Below, piece after piece: positions 28,111 to 38,483 of a stretch of 64,000 bases of DNA (position 1 is the stretch's first letter; each line of letters starts with the position of its first letter). A program made the position numbers and the translations under genes. The stretch covers positions 774 to 64,773 of the forward strand of contig CAYLZH010000001.1 of NCBI GenBank assembly GCA_964388245.1. The letters are read 5' to 3'. The notes under the pieces are model-generated. The model was not told the DNA's origin and made no database searches. It saw only the letters and a list, made by a program, of their open reading frames with translations. Origin of the DNA: an uncultured Bacteroidales bacterium. GTDB lineage: Bacteria; Bacteroidota; Bacteroidia; Bacteroidales; M50B96.

Positions 28111-31100
28111 ATGAACAAAATCAGACTCTTAATTTCAATAATTATTATTGTCGTTGCATTCCAGTCCATTGCACAGGATGAAGCCCGCTTGTTGAGGTTT
28201 CCCGCAATATCAGGCGATCAGATAGTTTTTACCTATGCAGGCGATTTGTATAGTGTTTCAACCACAGGAGGAGAAGCACGAAAACTGACTAACCATAATG
28301 GTTTTGAGATGTTTGCCCGTTTTTCGCCCGATGGTAAAACGATAGCCTTTACAGGTCAGTACGATGGAAATACCGAGGTTTTTCTTATTCCGGCAGAGGG
28401 AGGTATTCCTGAACGACTAACCCATACAGCAACCTTACGGCGCGATGATATTTCTGACAGGATGGGCCCCAACAATATTGTAATGGCCTGGACCCCCGAC
28501 GGGAATCATATTGTTTACCGGTCACGTAAACAGTCATATAACTCGTTTGTTGGCCAACTTTTTATAGTGTCTGTCGAAGGAGGGATGTCGGAAGAATTAC
28601 CATTACCGACAGGTGGATTTTGTTCGTACAACAACGATGGAAGCAAACTGGCATTTAATCGGGTTTTTCGGGAGTTTCGCACCTGGAAATATTACAAAGG
28701 AGGCATGGCCGATGATGTTTGGATATACGACTTCAAAAGTAAAGAAACGGTAAATATTACTGAGAATGTAGCCCAGGATATTTTTCCTATGTGGTTTAAA
28801 AACGAGGTTTACTTTTTATCTGACCGGGACCGGATAATGAATCTGTTTGCCTACAATATCGAGACAAAGCAAACAAGAAAAGTAAGCAATTTTACTGAGT
28901 ATGATATTAAGTTTCCAAACATTGGCGGAGACAAAATTATTTTTGAAAATGGTGGATATCTGTATGTGTTTAATATTTCAACCCAACAGCAAACTAAATT
29001 AAGTATCAGCATAAAAAATGATTTTATTGAAAGCAGGAATTCCTTAGTTGATGCTTCAAAAAACATCCGGAATGTAGATGTTTCTCCTAATGGGGAGCGT
29101 TTAGTCCTGAGTGCCCGGGGAGATGTTTTTACGGTTCCTTCGAAAGAGGGTATTACCCGGAACCTTACCCAAACTGCCGGAGTTCATGACAGGGAAGCAA
29201 AATGGTCGCCCGATGGAAAGTATATTGCATTTATTTCAGATAAAAGCGGGGAGTACGAAATTTATATACAAAAACAGGATGGAAGTGAAGCTTCTGTACA
29301 GCTAACAAAAAATGCCGATACCTACATCTATTCAATAACATGGTCGCCTGATAGTAAAAAAATCCTCTTTAGTGATAAAAAATTAAGACTTCAGTATATC
29401 GATGTTGAAAGCAAAAAAATAACATTAATTCATCAATCAGGGATTTGGGAAATGCGTAACTACAAATGGTCACCCGATAGCAAATGGATTACATTTGTAA
29501 AACCCGCCGAAAACCGGATGAACAGAGTTTGTTTATACGAACTGGCTTCGAAAGAAATATCAGAAGTTACCGATTATTGGTACAGTTCGGGAAATCCCTC
29601 ATTTAGTAGCGATGGAAAATATTTGTTCTTCACATCTGCCAGAGATTTTAATCCGATTTACAGTGCAACAGAATGGAACCATGGTTACAGAGACATGTCG
29701 AAGATATATTTTGCCACACTGGCCAACGACACTCCATCACCTTTTGCTCCCGAAAACAATGAGGTGGAAATTGCTTTGGACGATGAAAAATCGGAAGAGA
29801 AAAAGAAAACCGAAGAAGACGAAAAAGAAATCTTAAAAGACATTAAAGTAGATGTCGACGGTATTGGTCAACGAATTGTAGCCCTGCCTCTTGGAGCTTC
29901 AAATTACTGGAACATCCAGGTTGTTGATGAAAAAGTTTATTACCGCGAGTATAATGCACAGAAAAATAAAAGCACCTTAAGCATGTTCGATTTTAAAAAA
30001 GAAAAAGAAACTGTTTTAGGTGATGGATTGGGCTACCACATTTCGTCTAACAACAAAAAAATGCTGATTGTGAAAGGTGGCAAGTATTACTTAATGAATT
30101 TACCATCATCAAAGATAAAACTTGAAAAACCTGTAAGTACCTCGAACATGAAAATGTGGATCAATAAGTCTGAAGAATGGGCTCAGATCTATGATGAAAG
30201 CTGGCGACAAATGCGCGATTTCTTTTACGATCCGGGAATGCATGGTGTCGACTGGCCCAAAATGCGCGATAAATATGCTGCCTTGCTTCCGTATGTAAAC
30301 CACCGTGCCGACCTAAATTATTTAATCGGTGAAATGATTGGTGAATTAAATGTCGGACATGCCTATGTTAATGGCGGCGATTATTCTAAACCCCAACGAA
30401 TAAAAACCGGATTGTTGGGAGCAAAAATCAGTAAACATTCATCAGGTTTTTTCAGAATTGATGAAATACTTGATGGTGAGAACTGGAGCAAATCATTGCG
30501 CTCGCCACTTACTGAAATAGGTGTCGATGTTACTGAGGGTGATTTTATTGTAGCTGTAAATGGTCGATCAACCAGCGACATGGCAGACATTTATGAAGCA
30601 TTGATCGATTGTGCCGGAAAGCAGGTTGAACTAACTTTTAATTCGAAACCTGACAGGAAATCAGAAAGGAAAAGCCTGGTTGTCCCAATCGGAGATGAAT
30701 CTTCGCTATACTATTTTAACTGGGTTCGGGGCAACATCGAGAAGGTTGATAAAGCAACCAACGGACAGGTTGGATATATTCACATACCCGATATGAGTGC
30801 CGCCGGACTGAATGAGTTTGTCAAATATTTTTATCCCCAGCTCGATAAAAAAGCTCTTATTATTGATGATCGTGGTAATGGAGGAGGTAATGTTTCGCCA
30901 ATGATAATTGAACGTTTAAAGCGAGAAATTACAAGAGCTAATATGGCTCGAAATGTAACAGTTCCCGGACAAACTCCCCGACAAATGATGGTTGGACCCA
31001 AAGTTTTACTTGTTGACAGGTATTCTGCATCCGACGGCGATTTATTCCCATACTCCTTCAAAAAACATCAACTCGGAAAAGTAATAGGTATGCGAACCTG

Positions 31101-31374
31101 GGGTGGAGTGGTCGGAATTCGTGGATCTTTACCTTTTATTGATGGGGGTAGTTTGCGCAAACCCGAATTCGCCTCCTATTCGTTCGAAGATTCGAGCTGG
31201 ATAATAGAAGGATGGGGCGTTGAACCTGATATTGTTATCGATAATGATCCAGCCAAAGAATATGCCGGCATAGATGAGCAATTGAACAAAGCCATTGAGG
31301 TAATTCTTGAAGAACTTAAAGACTACAAAGTTAAAGTTCCACCGGTACCCGATTTTCCTGATAAGAGTAAATAA
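28111..31374 (+). CDS. Tricorn-protease-like S41 peptidase (beta-propellers + PDZ + S41 catalytic domain)
   Basis: RFPAISGDQIVFTYAGDLYSV, repeated WSPDGK propeller motifs, a PDZ-like region and the C-terminal DRYSASDGDLF S41 serine context match bacterial tricorn homologues. Confidence 0.85.
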   Translation: MNKIRLLISIIIIVVAFQSIAQDEARLLRFPAISGDQIVFTYAGDLYSVSTTGGEARKLTNHNGFEMFARFSPDGKTIAFTGQYDGNTEVFLIPAEGGIPERLTHTATLRRDDISDRMGPNNIVMAWTPDGNHIVYRSRKQSYNSFVGQLFIVSVEGGMSEELPLPTGGFCSYNNDGSKLAFNRVFREFRTWKYYKGGMADDVWIYDFKSKETVNITENVAQDIFPMWFKNEVYFLSDRDRIMNLFAYNIETKQTRKVSNFTEYDIKFPNIGGDKIIFENGGYLYVFNISTQQQTKLSISIKNDFIESRNSLVDASKNIRNVDVSPNGERLVLSARGDVFTVPSKEGITRNLTQTAGVHDREAKWSPDGKYIAFISDKSGEYEIYIQKQDGSEASVQLTKNADTYIYSITWSPDSKKILFSDKKLRLQYIDVESKKITLIHQSGIWEMRNYKWSPDSKWITFVKPAENRMNRVCLYELASKEISEVTDYWYSSGNPSFSSDGKYLFFTSARDFNPIYSATEWNHGYRDMSKIYFATLANDTPSPFAPENNEVEIALDDEKSEEKKKTEEDEKEILKDIKVDVDGIGQRIVALPLGASNYWNIQVVDEKVYYREYNAQKNKSTLSMFDFKKEKETVLGDGLGYHISSNNKKMLIVKGGKYYLMNLPSSKIKLEKPVSTSNMKMWINKSEEWAQIYDESWRQMRDFFYDPGMHGVDWPKMRDKYAALLPYVNHRADLNYLIGEMIGELNVGHAYVNGGDYSKPQRIKTGLLGAKISKHSSGFFRIDEILDGENWSKSLRSPLTEIGVDVTEGDFIVAVNGRSTSDMADIYEALIDCAGKQVELTFNSKPDRKSERKSLVVPIGDESSLYYFNWVRGNIEKVDKATNGQVGYIHIPDMSAAGLNEFVKYFYPQLDKKALIIDDRGNGGGNVSPMIIERLKREITRANMARNVTVPGQTPRQMMVGPKVLLVDRYSASDGDLFPYSFKKHQLGKVIGMRTWGGVVGIRGSLPFIDGGSLRKPEFASYSFEDSSWIIEGWGVEPDIVIDNDPAKEYAGIDEQLNKAIEVILEELKDYKVKVPPVPDFPDKSK

Positions 31375-31721
31375 TATTCGAATAGATAAAAGATACATAC
31401 TCAGACTTATGAATTAGTCAGGTACCAGAGGTACGGGCTATTTCATAAGTCGTGATGGGAAATCGATAATTATGCCTGATCAAAATTTTCTTTCTAACTT
31501 GTGAGATTGGGTTGTAATAGAATTATTTTCTTTGAAGAACAAAACAAAAGTTGTTAAAATATTTCATAATACTTTTAATTTCTGAATCTGATTTTTGACC
31601 AGATTTATTAAAAACCAATGCAAGATATATTGGGTGCAGAATACCTATTCCTGACCATTAGAAATCCAATAAAAATTCTATTTTTACATCACAAAAATTA
31701 CAACTTAAAAATCTAAACCTT

Positions 31722-32489
31722 ATGGAGTTTAAAAACCTGAAAATAGAAGAAAAAGACAACCTCCTGTTTGTGACAATCGACCGACCAAAAGCATTGAATG
31801 CATTAAACACGCGGTTCTTTGAGGAAATGGATGTAGTAGTTAAAAACCATGCTACGAAAGAAAATCTACGGGCATTGGTTATTACTGGTGAAGGGAAAGC
31901 CTTTGTTGCAGGAGCTGATATTGCTGAGATGGTAAACAAAAACGAGAAGGAAGGGAGTGAGTTTTCTGTGTTAGGGCAAAATATATTTGCCAGCCTCGGA
32001 AAGCTTGAGATTCCGGTAATAGCTGCCATTAACGGCTTTGCGTTAGGAGGAGGCCTCGAATTGGCAATGGCATGCGATTTCAGAATTGCAAGTACCAAAG
32101 CAAAATTTGGTCAGCCTGAAGTAAATCTTGGGCTTATTCCGGGTTATGCCGGTACACAGCGTCTTCCACGCCTGGTTGGCCTTGCCGACGCTTTGTTCTT
32201 GCTTCTTACTGCCGAAATGATTGATGCTGCGACAGCCCTCAGAATCGGTTTGGTTCAAAAAGTAGTTGAGCCGGAAGAACTCATGGAAACGGTTACAAAA
32301 ATTGCCAGAACGATTGCTTCTAAAGGGCCTGAGGCTATTAAAAAAGTTAAACTAGTTACTCGTAAAGGACTATGTTCCGATTTTGAATCAGGAAGTAAAT
32401 TAGAATCTGAACAATTTGGGTCGCTCTTTGGCAACGAAGGTACCGAAGGGATGAAAGCATTTTTGGAAAAGAGAAAACCGGAATGGTAG
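31722..32489 (+). CDS. Enoyl-CoA hydratase (crotonase family)
   Basis: Contains crotonase signatures FVAGADI, INGFALGGGLELAMACDFRIAS and GQPEVNLGLIPG. Confidence 0.9.
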   Translation: MEFKNLKIEEKDNLLFVTIDRPKALNALNTRFFEEMDVVVKNHATKENLRALVITGEGKAFVAGADIAEMVNKNEKEGSEFSVLGQNIFASLGKLEIPVIAAINGFALGGGLELAMACDFRIASTKAKFGQPEVNLGLIPGYAGTQRLPRLVGLADALFLLLTAEMIDAATALRIGLVQKVVEPEELMETVTKIARTIASKGPEAIKKVKLVTRKGLCSDFESGSKLESEQFGSLFGNEGTEGMKAFLEKRKPEW

Positions 32490-32626
32490 ATTTGTAATTC
32501 AGTAATTAGGGATTTATGTAAACAAGAATTTTCGGAAATTTATATTAAGTTGATTTAATCTGTCAGTTTAGCTATCTAATTACTAACGCAATGTAAATAA
32601 TCGTAAACTACATAACACAATAAATT

Positions 32627-33964
32627 ATGGAATATATTAATAAACTCGAAAAGGTTTCTGTACTTGGAGCTGCCGGAAAGATGGGAAGTGGTATCCTGTT
32701 ACTTACAGCAGTTGAAATGGCCGATCAGGCTATGAAACCTGAAAACAAAGACAAAAGCTTTGCCCTGAATGCAATTGATGTGTCGTACGATGCCCTCTCT
32801 GGATTAATGCGATACCTTAAAACACAGGTTCAGAAACTGGCAGAAAAGAAAACAGTTGCCCTGCGTGCAATGTATGCCGACCGAAAGGACTTGATCGAGA
32901 ATGGCGAAATTATCGATCAATATGTTTTTGATGTAATGAACTTTGTTAAGCCGACAACCGCTATTGAAGCGGCATACAATTCTTCACTGGTTTTCGAGGC
33001 TGTAAGCGAGAACAAAGATTTAAAAAACAAGCTTTTGTCACAAATCGATAGAAACAGCGAAAACCAGCCATGGTTCCTCACTAACACATCATCTGTTCCG
33101 ATTAATGAGCTCGAATCAGGAGCTGATTTAAAAGGCCGGGTTGTAGGATTTCATTTTTATAATCCACCTGCCGTACAAAAACTGGTCGAATTAATTGTCA
33201 CTGATGAAACAGCAAAAGAGCTCAACGATTTCGCACTTCAATATGCAAAAAACCTTCGGAAAATTATTGTTCCATCGAACGATTTTGCAGGATTTATTGG
33301 CAATGGCCATTTTATGCGTGACGCCCTGCATGGTATTTATACTGTAGAAAAGCTTACAAAAGATCACTCCTTTGTCGAATCCGTTTACATCGTTAATAAA
33401 GTAAGCCAGGATTTTCTCGTTCGTCCAATGGGTATTTTTCAACTGATTGATTACGTGGGTGTCGATGTTGTACAGTTTATTATGAAGGTCATGAATCCTT
33501 ATCTGAAAGATGAAAACCTGCACAGCGAACTGTTAGACAAATACATGACGCTAAATGTAAAAGGTGGTCAATTCTCGAGCGGAGCACAAAAAGACGGATT
33601 TCTGAAATACGAAAAAGGAAGAGTTGCCGGTATTTATGATCCGGACAAAAAGGATTATGTTTCAGTTACAGATATTCAGGATGCATGTGATAAAAATCTT
33701 GGCAAAATGCCAGAAAACATTTTTGCATGGAAATCGATCATCAGAAAAAAAGACAGGAGCAGGGAATTTTCAGCCTTGTTTGAAGAATTGAGGAATATGG
33801 ATACACTGGGTGCCAAACTGGCCCTGGAATACGGAGCAAGGTCGAATGAAATTGGAAAAAAACTGGTAGCCGATAATGTTGCCCATTCCGAAGATGATGT
33901 AAACACTGTTATGCTTACAGGATTCTTTCATGCCTATGGCCCAATAAACGAATATTTTGTGTAA
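32627..33964 (+). CDS. 3-hydroxyacyl-CoA dehydrogenase family protein (long form)
   Basis: Has an N-terminal VSVLGAAGKMGSGI Rossmann motif and VGFHFYNPPAVQKLVE (HAD family N-x-P motif). A C-terminal extension brings it to 445 aa. Confidence 0.8.
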   Translation: MEYINKLEKVSVLGAAGKMGSGILLLTAVEMADQAMKPENKDKSFALNAIDVSYDALSGLMRYLKTQVQKLAEKKTVALRAMYADRKDLIENGEIIDQYVFDVMNFVKPTTAIEAAYNSSLVFEAVSENKDLKNKLLSQIDRNSENQPWFLTNTSSVPINELESGADLKGRVVGFHFYNPPAVQKLVELIVTDETAKELNDFALQYAKNLRKIIVPSNDFAGFIGNGHFMRDALHGIYTVEKLTKDHSFVESVYIVNKVSQDFLVRPMGIFQLIDYVGVDVVQFIMKVMNPYLKDENLHSELLDKYMTLNVKGGQFSSGAQKDGFLKYEKGRVAGIYDPDKKDYVSVTDIQDACDKNLGKMPENIFAWKSIIRKKDRSREFSALFEELRNMDTLGAKLALEYGARSNEIGKKLVADNVAHSEDDVNTVMLTGFFHAYGPINEYFV

Positions 33965-33984
33965 ACTGTTAAAACAAAAAGAAA

Positions 33985-35223
33985 ATGAAATTAAGGAAAA
34001 AAGTATATATGGCAGCCGGCTTTAATACCATTTCGTTAGGTACAGGCCGTAAAGAATTTCATCCAAAAAAAGAACGACCCGGTTTGGAACATTATTTAAA
34101 AGAAGCCGGCCAGGGCACGCTTAATCAAATTGGAGGAGCCGACAATGTTGACGAAGGAGTGGTTGGAAATTTTATGGCCTCACGTTTCAATAAACAGGCA
34201 CATCTTGGAGCCTTTATGCCAATGATCGATGAAAAGCTAATGCACAAGCCGGCAATCCGGACCGAAGGAGCATGTGCGTCGGGAGGTCTGGCACTTATTA
34301 GTGGTATCAAATCTGTTTTGGCCGAATCGGCTGATGTTGTGTTATCGGTAGGTGTTGAAGTACAGAACACACAAAAGGCAATATACGGGGCCGATGTACT
34401 TGCCGGGGCAGGCTGGTTTCAGAAACGAAAAGTGGGTCATGCTTATTTTTTCCCCGGTCAGTTTAGCGACCGTGCAGGAGCGTATTACGAAAAATACGGC
34501 AAAGATTACGCACGGAAAGGTTTAGCCAAATGGTTTGCTAATGCCATAGAAAATGCTCGCCTGTGCGACACTGCTCAGGAATTTCATAATTCAGCTCCCG
34601 ATTTAATGAAACTTGGAATGACTGAACCAAGCGGAAAAGTATTCACCGATCATTTAAATGTATTCGATTGTTCGAAAGTATCGGATGGAGCTTCTGCTAT
34701 TGCCATTCTTTCGGAAGAAGGATTAGAGCGATGTGGAATAAATAAATCTGATGCTGTTGAAGTTGTTGGCATTGGACATGCCGTTGGAAATATCACTGAA
34801 GAACCAGCAGACCGGACCCGGCTCGACACCATCGAGAAGGCTATTCAACTGGCATTCGAATCGGCAGGAATAACAAAAGACGATCTTGCAACCCTGGAAA
34901 TTCACGATTGTTTTACCATTGCCGGAATTCTTACGACCGAGGCACTTGGCTTTGCAAAACAGGGCGAAGGCGCTCAATTTGTTGCTGATGGAAATACCGC
35001 CCGCGATGGCAAAATTCCAATGAACACAACCGGTGGTTTAATCGGATGGGGTCATCCAACAGGTGCCACGGGCGTACATCAGGCAGTAACCATCTGGGAA
35101 CAATTAACAGGAAAGGCTGGTGCAGCTCAAATTGACATCCCTTCTACAAGACCGTATGGTATGACCATAAACATGGGGGGCGATGACAAAACTGTTGTCG
35201 CAATAGTCTATAAAAGAGGATAA
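33985..35223 (+). CDS. Thiolase-fold acetyl-CoA C-acyltransferase (SCP-x-like)
   Basis: Contains TEGACASGGLAL (active-site Cys), HDCF and NTTGGLIGWGHPTGATG (thiolase C-terminal motifs). Confidence 0.85.
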   Translation: MKLRKKVYMAAGFNTISLGTGRKEFHPKKERPGLEHYLKEAGQGTLNQIGGADNVDEGVVGNFMASRFNKQAHLGAFMPMIDEKLMHKPAIRTEGACASGGLALISGIKSVLAESADVVLSVGVEVQNTQKAIYGADVLAGAGWFQKRKVGHAYFFPGQFSDRAGAYYEKYGKDYARKGLAKWFANAIENARLCDTAQEFHNSAPDLMKLGMTEPSGKVFTDHLNVFDCSKVSDGASAIAILSEEGLERCGINKSDAVEVVGIGHAVGNITEEPADRTRLDTIEKAIQLAFESAGITKDDLATLEIHDCFTIAGILTTEALGFAKQGEGAQFVADGNTARDGKIPMNTTGGLIGWGHPTGATGVHQAVTIWEQLTGKAGAAQIDIPSTRPYGMTINMGGDDKTVVAIVYKRG

Positions 35224-35514
35224 TGGACATTCAATTTGATTTCAGGATAAAGACAGCCGAAAAAGACTTATCGATTTAATGCTAACGAATATCAGTCATC
35301 AAAACTGTTTGTCATTATTCTGAAATCAGATTGAACTGTATTTATTCAAATCTGACTTTGAAAATCTTTAAAATTTGCCTTTCAATTAATGCTTCCTGAT
35401 TTTACACGTAAGGGCTCAACTAATTAAATTAACAATAAGGTTTGTCAACTGAATACATCAAGTATTTAGGCGATGTGAAGTTAAAATAGAAATATTTAAA
35501 TTAGCATTCATAAT

Positions 35515-36303
35515 ATGAAAGATCTTTCTGGACAAGGAAATATAGCAAAAGTAAACGATCTCGAAATCTATTATGAACTCTTTAACGGGCAGGAATTACA
35601 ATCACATAAACTATTACTGATCCTGCTTCACGATGGCTTGGGTAGCACAAAGCAATGGAAAGACATACCAGGAATCTTATCTTCAAAGTTGAATATTCCC
35701 ACAGTTACTTACGACAGGCTGGGGTATGGAAAATCGAGTACTGTTGAGAAACGTAGTAATACATTCTTAAACTATGAGGCAGAATGTGTTTTACCATTGC
35801 TTTTGAAACATTTGGATTATGATGGCAAAGTAATTCTGTTCGGACATAGCGATGGGGCTACCGTAGCTCTTTTATACGCCGCATTGTATCCAGGAAAAGC
35901 AAAAATGGTTATTGCCGAAGCTCCTCACGTTATTATTGAACCCGAAACAATATCGGGGGTAAAAAAAACCATTCAGGATTATAAGGAAGGAAGCTTGAAG
36001 GAGAGGCTTGAAAAATATCATTCGTCACAAACCGACAATATGTTTTGGGGTTGGGCGAATTTTTGGTCAAATAAAAGCAGCAGAAGTTGGAACATGCTCT
36101 CACTTTTGTCGCGGATCGAAAGCCCGGTGTATTATATACAGGGGGACAAAGATGAATTCGGAACCCGGAAACAAGGCGAAGAAATCGAAATTAACATTAT
36201 GGGCGACTTCGATGAATTGATAGTTGAAAATTGTGGCCATGTCCCGCATTTCGAGGCAAAACAGGAAGTTCTTTCAGCAATAGTTGATTATATTAAGAAA
36301 TAG
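35515..36303 (+). CDS. Alpha/beta-fold hydrolase
   Basis: Has the nucleophile elbow GHSDGATVAL, HDGLGS and a C-terminal CGHVPH. Confidence 0.75.
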   Translation: MKDLSGQGNIAKVNDLEIYYELFNGQELQSHKLLLILLHDGLGSTKQWKDIPGILSSKLNIPTVTYDRLGYGKSSTVEKRSNTFLNYEAECVLPLLLKHLDYDGKVILFGHSDGATVALLYAALYPGKAKMVIAEAPHVIIEPETISGVKKTIQDYKEGSLKERLEKYHSSQTDNMFWGWANFWSNKSSRSWNMLSLLSRIESPVYYIQGDKDEFGTRKQGEEIEINIMGDFDELIVENCGHVPHFEAKQEVLSAIVDYIKK

Positions 36304-36437
36304 ATCCTTCCTGTAATTATTATTTCTTAAGCTTATTCTGAAACCTGAGAATTTCATCGGTTTCAGTTTATTAAAAATGAAGCAAAACTTCCCATCAATC
36401 GAACTCCTATTAAAATTCAAGTTTTAATTTTCATCAT

Positions 36438-37538
36438 ATGAATACTGATTCTCTACTCCTTCAACCAATCCAATTAGGACCATACGAATTGTCAAACCGT
36501 GTTGTAATGGCACCATTAACCAGGCGAAGGGCAGGAGCTGGCAATGCTCCAACTGCAATGAATGCTGAATATTATGCACAGCGGGCGAGTGCAGGACTTA
36601 TAATCGCAGAAGGAAGTCCTATCTCGCAACAAGCAACGGGCTATCCCGATGTCCCCGGTATATATACACAAAAGCAAATCGATGGATGGAAGCTTATTAC
36701 TAAAGAAGTCCATAAACATGAAGGCAGGATATTCCTTCAGCTATGGCATGTAGGGAGATTCTCGCATAACGATTTTCAACCAAACGGGAAACTACCTGTT
36801 GCACCATCAGCAATACCTTACCGGGGAAGAAAAATTAATACCGGGGAAAATGGGCATCAGGAAGTACCGGTTCCTCATCCGCTTAGTAAGGACGAGATAA
36901 AGTCGATAATAGGTGATTATTGGCAGGCTGCCAAAAATGCCTTGGAGGCCGGCTTCGATGGTGTTGAGCTTCATGCAGCTAATGGTTATCTTATCGATCA
37001 GTTCTTAAATGACATATCTAATAAAAGGACCGATGAGTATGGAGGAAGTTTCGGCAACAGGTACAGATTTTTAGCTCAGGTAACAGATGCTTTATGCTCG
37101 GTTTGGGGAAGCAAAAGGGTTGGTGTCAGGCTTTCGCCCGGAGGAGGAAGCCTGGGGATGCGCGATAACGATCCTCTTGGTCTGTTTTCATATGTTGTCT
37201 CAAGATTGAATGACCTTAATCTTGGGTATTTGAGCATACTTGAACAACTTGGGGAAGTTGAAAACTATCCGGCCGAAATTCAGAATCTTACACCGTATTT
37301 CAGAAAATTTTACGATGGACTTCTGATAACTAATCACGGTTTCGATTTTAATAAGGCAAATAAAATAATAGAAGAAGGCAATTCCGACATGGTTGCATTT
37401 GGTAAATGGTATATATCGAATCCAGATTTGGTTGAGCGTTTCGCTGTCGGTGCTCCGATTGCCGAACCAGACACGAAAACCTATTATGGTGGCAACGAGC
37501 ATGGGTACACTGATTATCCATTCATGGTAAAAGAATAG
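36438..37538 (+). CDS. Old Yellow Enzyme family NADH:flavin oxidoreductase / alkene reductase (NemA-like)
   Basis: Contains OYE signatures VMAPLTR, LWHVGR, GFDGVELHAANGYLIDQFL and SNPDLVERF. Confidence 0.9.
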   Translation: MNTDSLLLQPIQLGPYELSNRVVMAPLTRRRAGAGNAPTAMNAEYYAQRASAGLIIAEGSPISQQATGYPDVPGIYTQKQIDGWKLITKEVHKHEGRIFLQLWHVGRFSHNDFQPNGKLPVAPSAIPYRGRKINTGENGHQEVPVPHPLSKDEIKSIIGDYWQAAKNALEAGFDGVELHAANGYLIDQFLNDISNKRTDEYGGSFGNRYRFLAQVTDALCSVWGSKRVGVRLSPGGGSLGMRDNDPLGLFSYVVSRLNDLNLGYLSILEQLGEVENYPAEIQNLTPYFRKFYDGLLITNHGFDFNKANKIIEEGNSDMVAFGKWYISNPDLVERFAVGAPIAEPDTKTYYGGNEHGYTDYPFMVKE

Positions 37539-37794
37539 GATTTTTTTCAACAATCCGATCCTTTTAAACAAATTTACTCTTGTAAAGGTTCTTTTGTAAT
37601 ATTGAGTTCATCTCGTGTAACATTTATCCTCTTAACCAGTCTTTGAGAGCAAATTCCAAAACTATGCTCTACAACAGGATAAGATATTACTTTTCAATAC
37701 AAAAACTTCTTACTTTTAACTCCAATAAGACTTTCTGCTTTTCAGGAAAAAAGGATCAATCAGAAGGAAGTAACACCAACAAATACCATTTGCT

Positions 37795-38481
37795 ATGAAA
37801 GAACTGTTTGAAGCTTCATTTTCGGCCATTAACATAATCCCTACTGTATTACTGGTACTATCTCTCATTTATTGGCTCATAGTTATCTTTGGCATTTTCG
37901 ATCTCGATACCGTGGATCTTGATGTGGAGGCGGACGTTGATATTGATGTAGATGTAGAAGCAGACATTGACCTTGATGCCGATGCAGACCTTGATGCTGA
38001 TAGTGAAATAAGCGTAAGTGGTTCGGTTCTGTGGCTCAACTCAGTGTTATCGTTTTTCAATATTGGTCGTGTACCAGTTATGATTGTCGTTAGTTTCTTT
38101 TCTCTTTCACTTTGGATTATTTCCGTAATGCTGAATCATTGGCTGAGTAATACATCTTTTCTGATTTCTTTTATACTTCTTATACCAAATATGGTGGCAA
38201 GTTTATTTGTGGCCAAAATCATTACTATTCCGTTTGTTAAGGTTTTTAAGAAGGCCAACGAAATTCAAAACAATACAGGTTTGGAAGGTAAAATCTGCAA
38301 AGTGACCATTCCGGCCAGCCACGATAGGATGGGGCAGGCACTGATCCGAATTAATGGAGATACTTTTAATGTAAATATAAAAACCCAACCTGACGTTTCA
38401 CTGCAAGTAGGAGAGCAGGCGCTGGTAATCGAATATCAAAAAGACAATAAAATATATATAGTTGAACCTTATAAAGAATAA
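37795..38481 (+). CDS. YqiJ/DUF1449-like inner-membrane protein with C-terminal NfeD-like OB-fold domain
   Basis: An N-terminal TM helix is followed by an acidic tract (DLDTVDLDVEADVDIDVDVEADIDLDADADLDADSE) and further TM helices. The C-terminus is a beta-rich soluble domain (GLEGKICKVTIPASHDRMGQALIRINGDTFNVNIK...ALVIEY). Its stop lies 2 nt before the flotillin ATG. Confidence 0.7.
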   Translation: MKELFEASFSAINIIPTVLLVLSLIYWLIVIFGIFDLDTVDLDVEADVDIDVDVEADIDLDADADLDADSEISVSGSVLWLNSVLSFFNIGRVPVMIVVSFFSLSLWIISVMLNHWLSNTSFLISFILLIPNMVASLFVAKIITIPFVKVFKKANEIQNNTGLEGKICKVTIPASHDRMGQALIRINGDTFNVNIKTQPDVSLQVGEQALVIEYQKDNKIYIVEPYKE

Positions 38482-38483
38482 TC

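Noticed and set aside
31658-32098. A 146-aa minus-strand ORF overlaps the crotonase gene.
   Set aside because: It is an antisense shadow of a strongly motif-supported enoyl-CoA hydratase CDS.
37905-38010. An imperfect GAT/GTN/GCN-rich DNA repeat could be a tandem repeat or contingency locus.
   Set aside because: It encodes the acidic (D-x)n tract characteristic of YqiJ-like proteins. It is imperfect and in frame, so it is coding low complexity rather than a separate feature.
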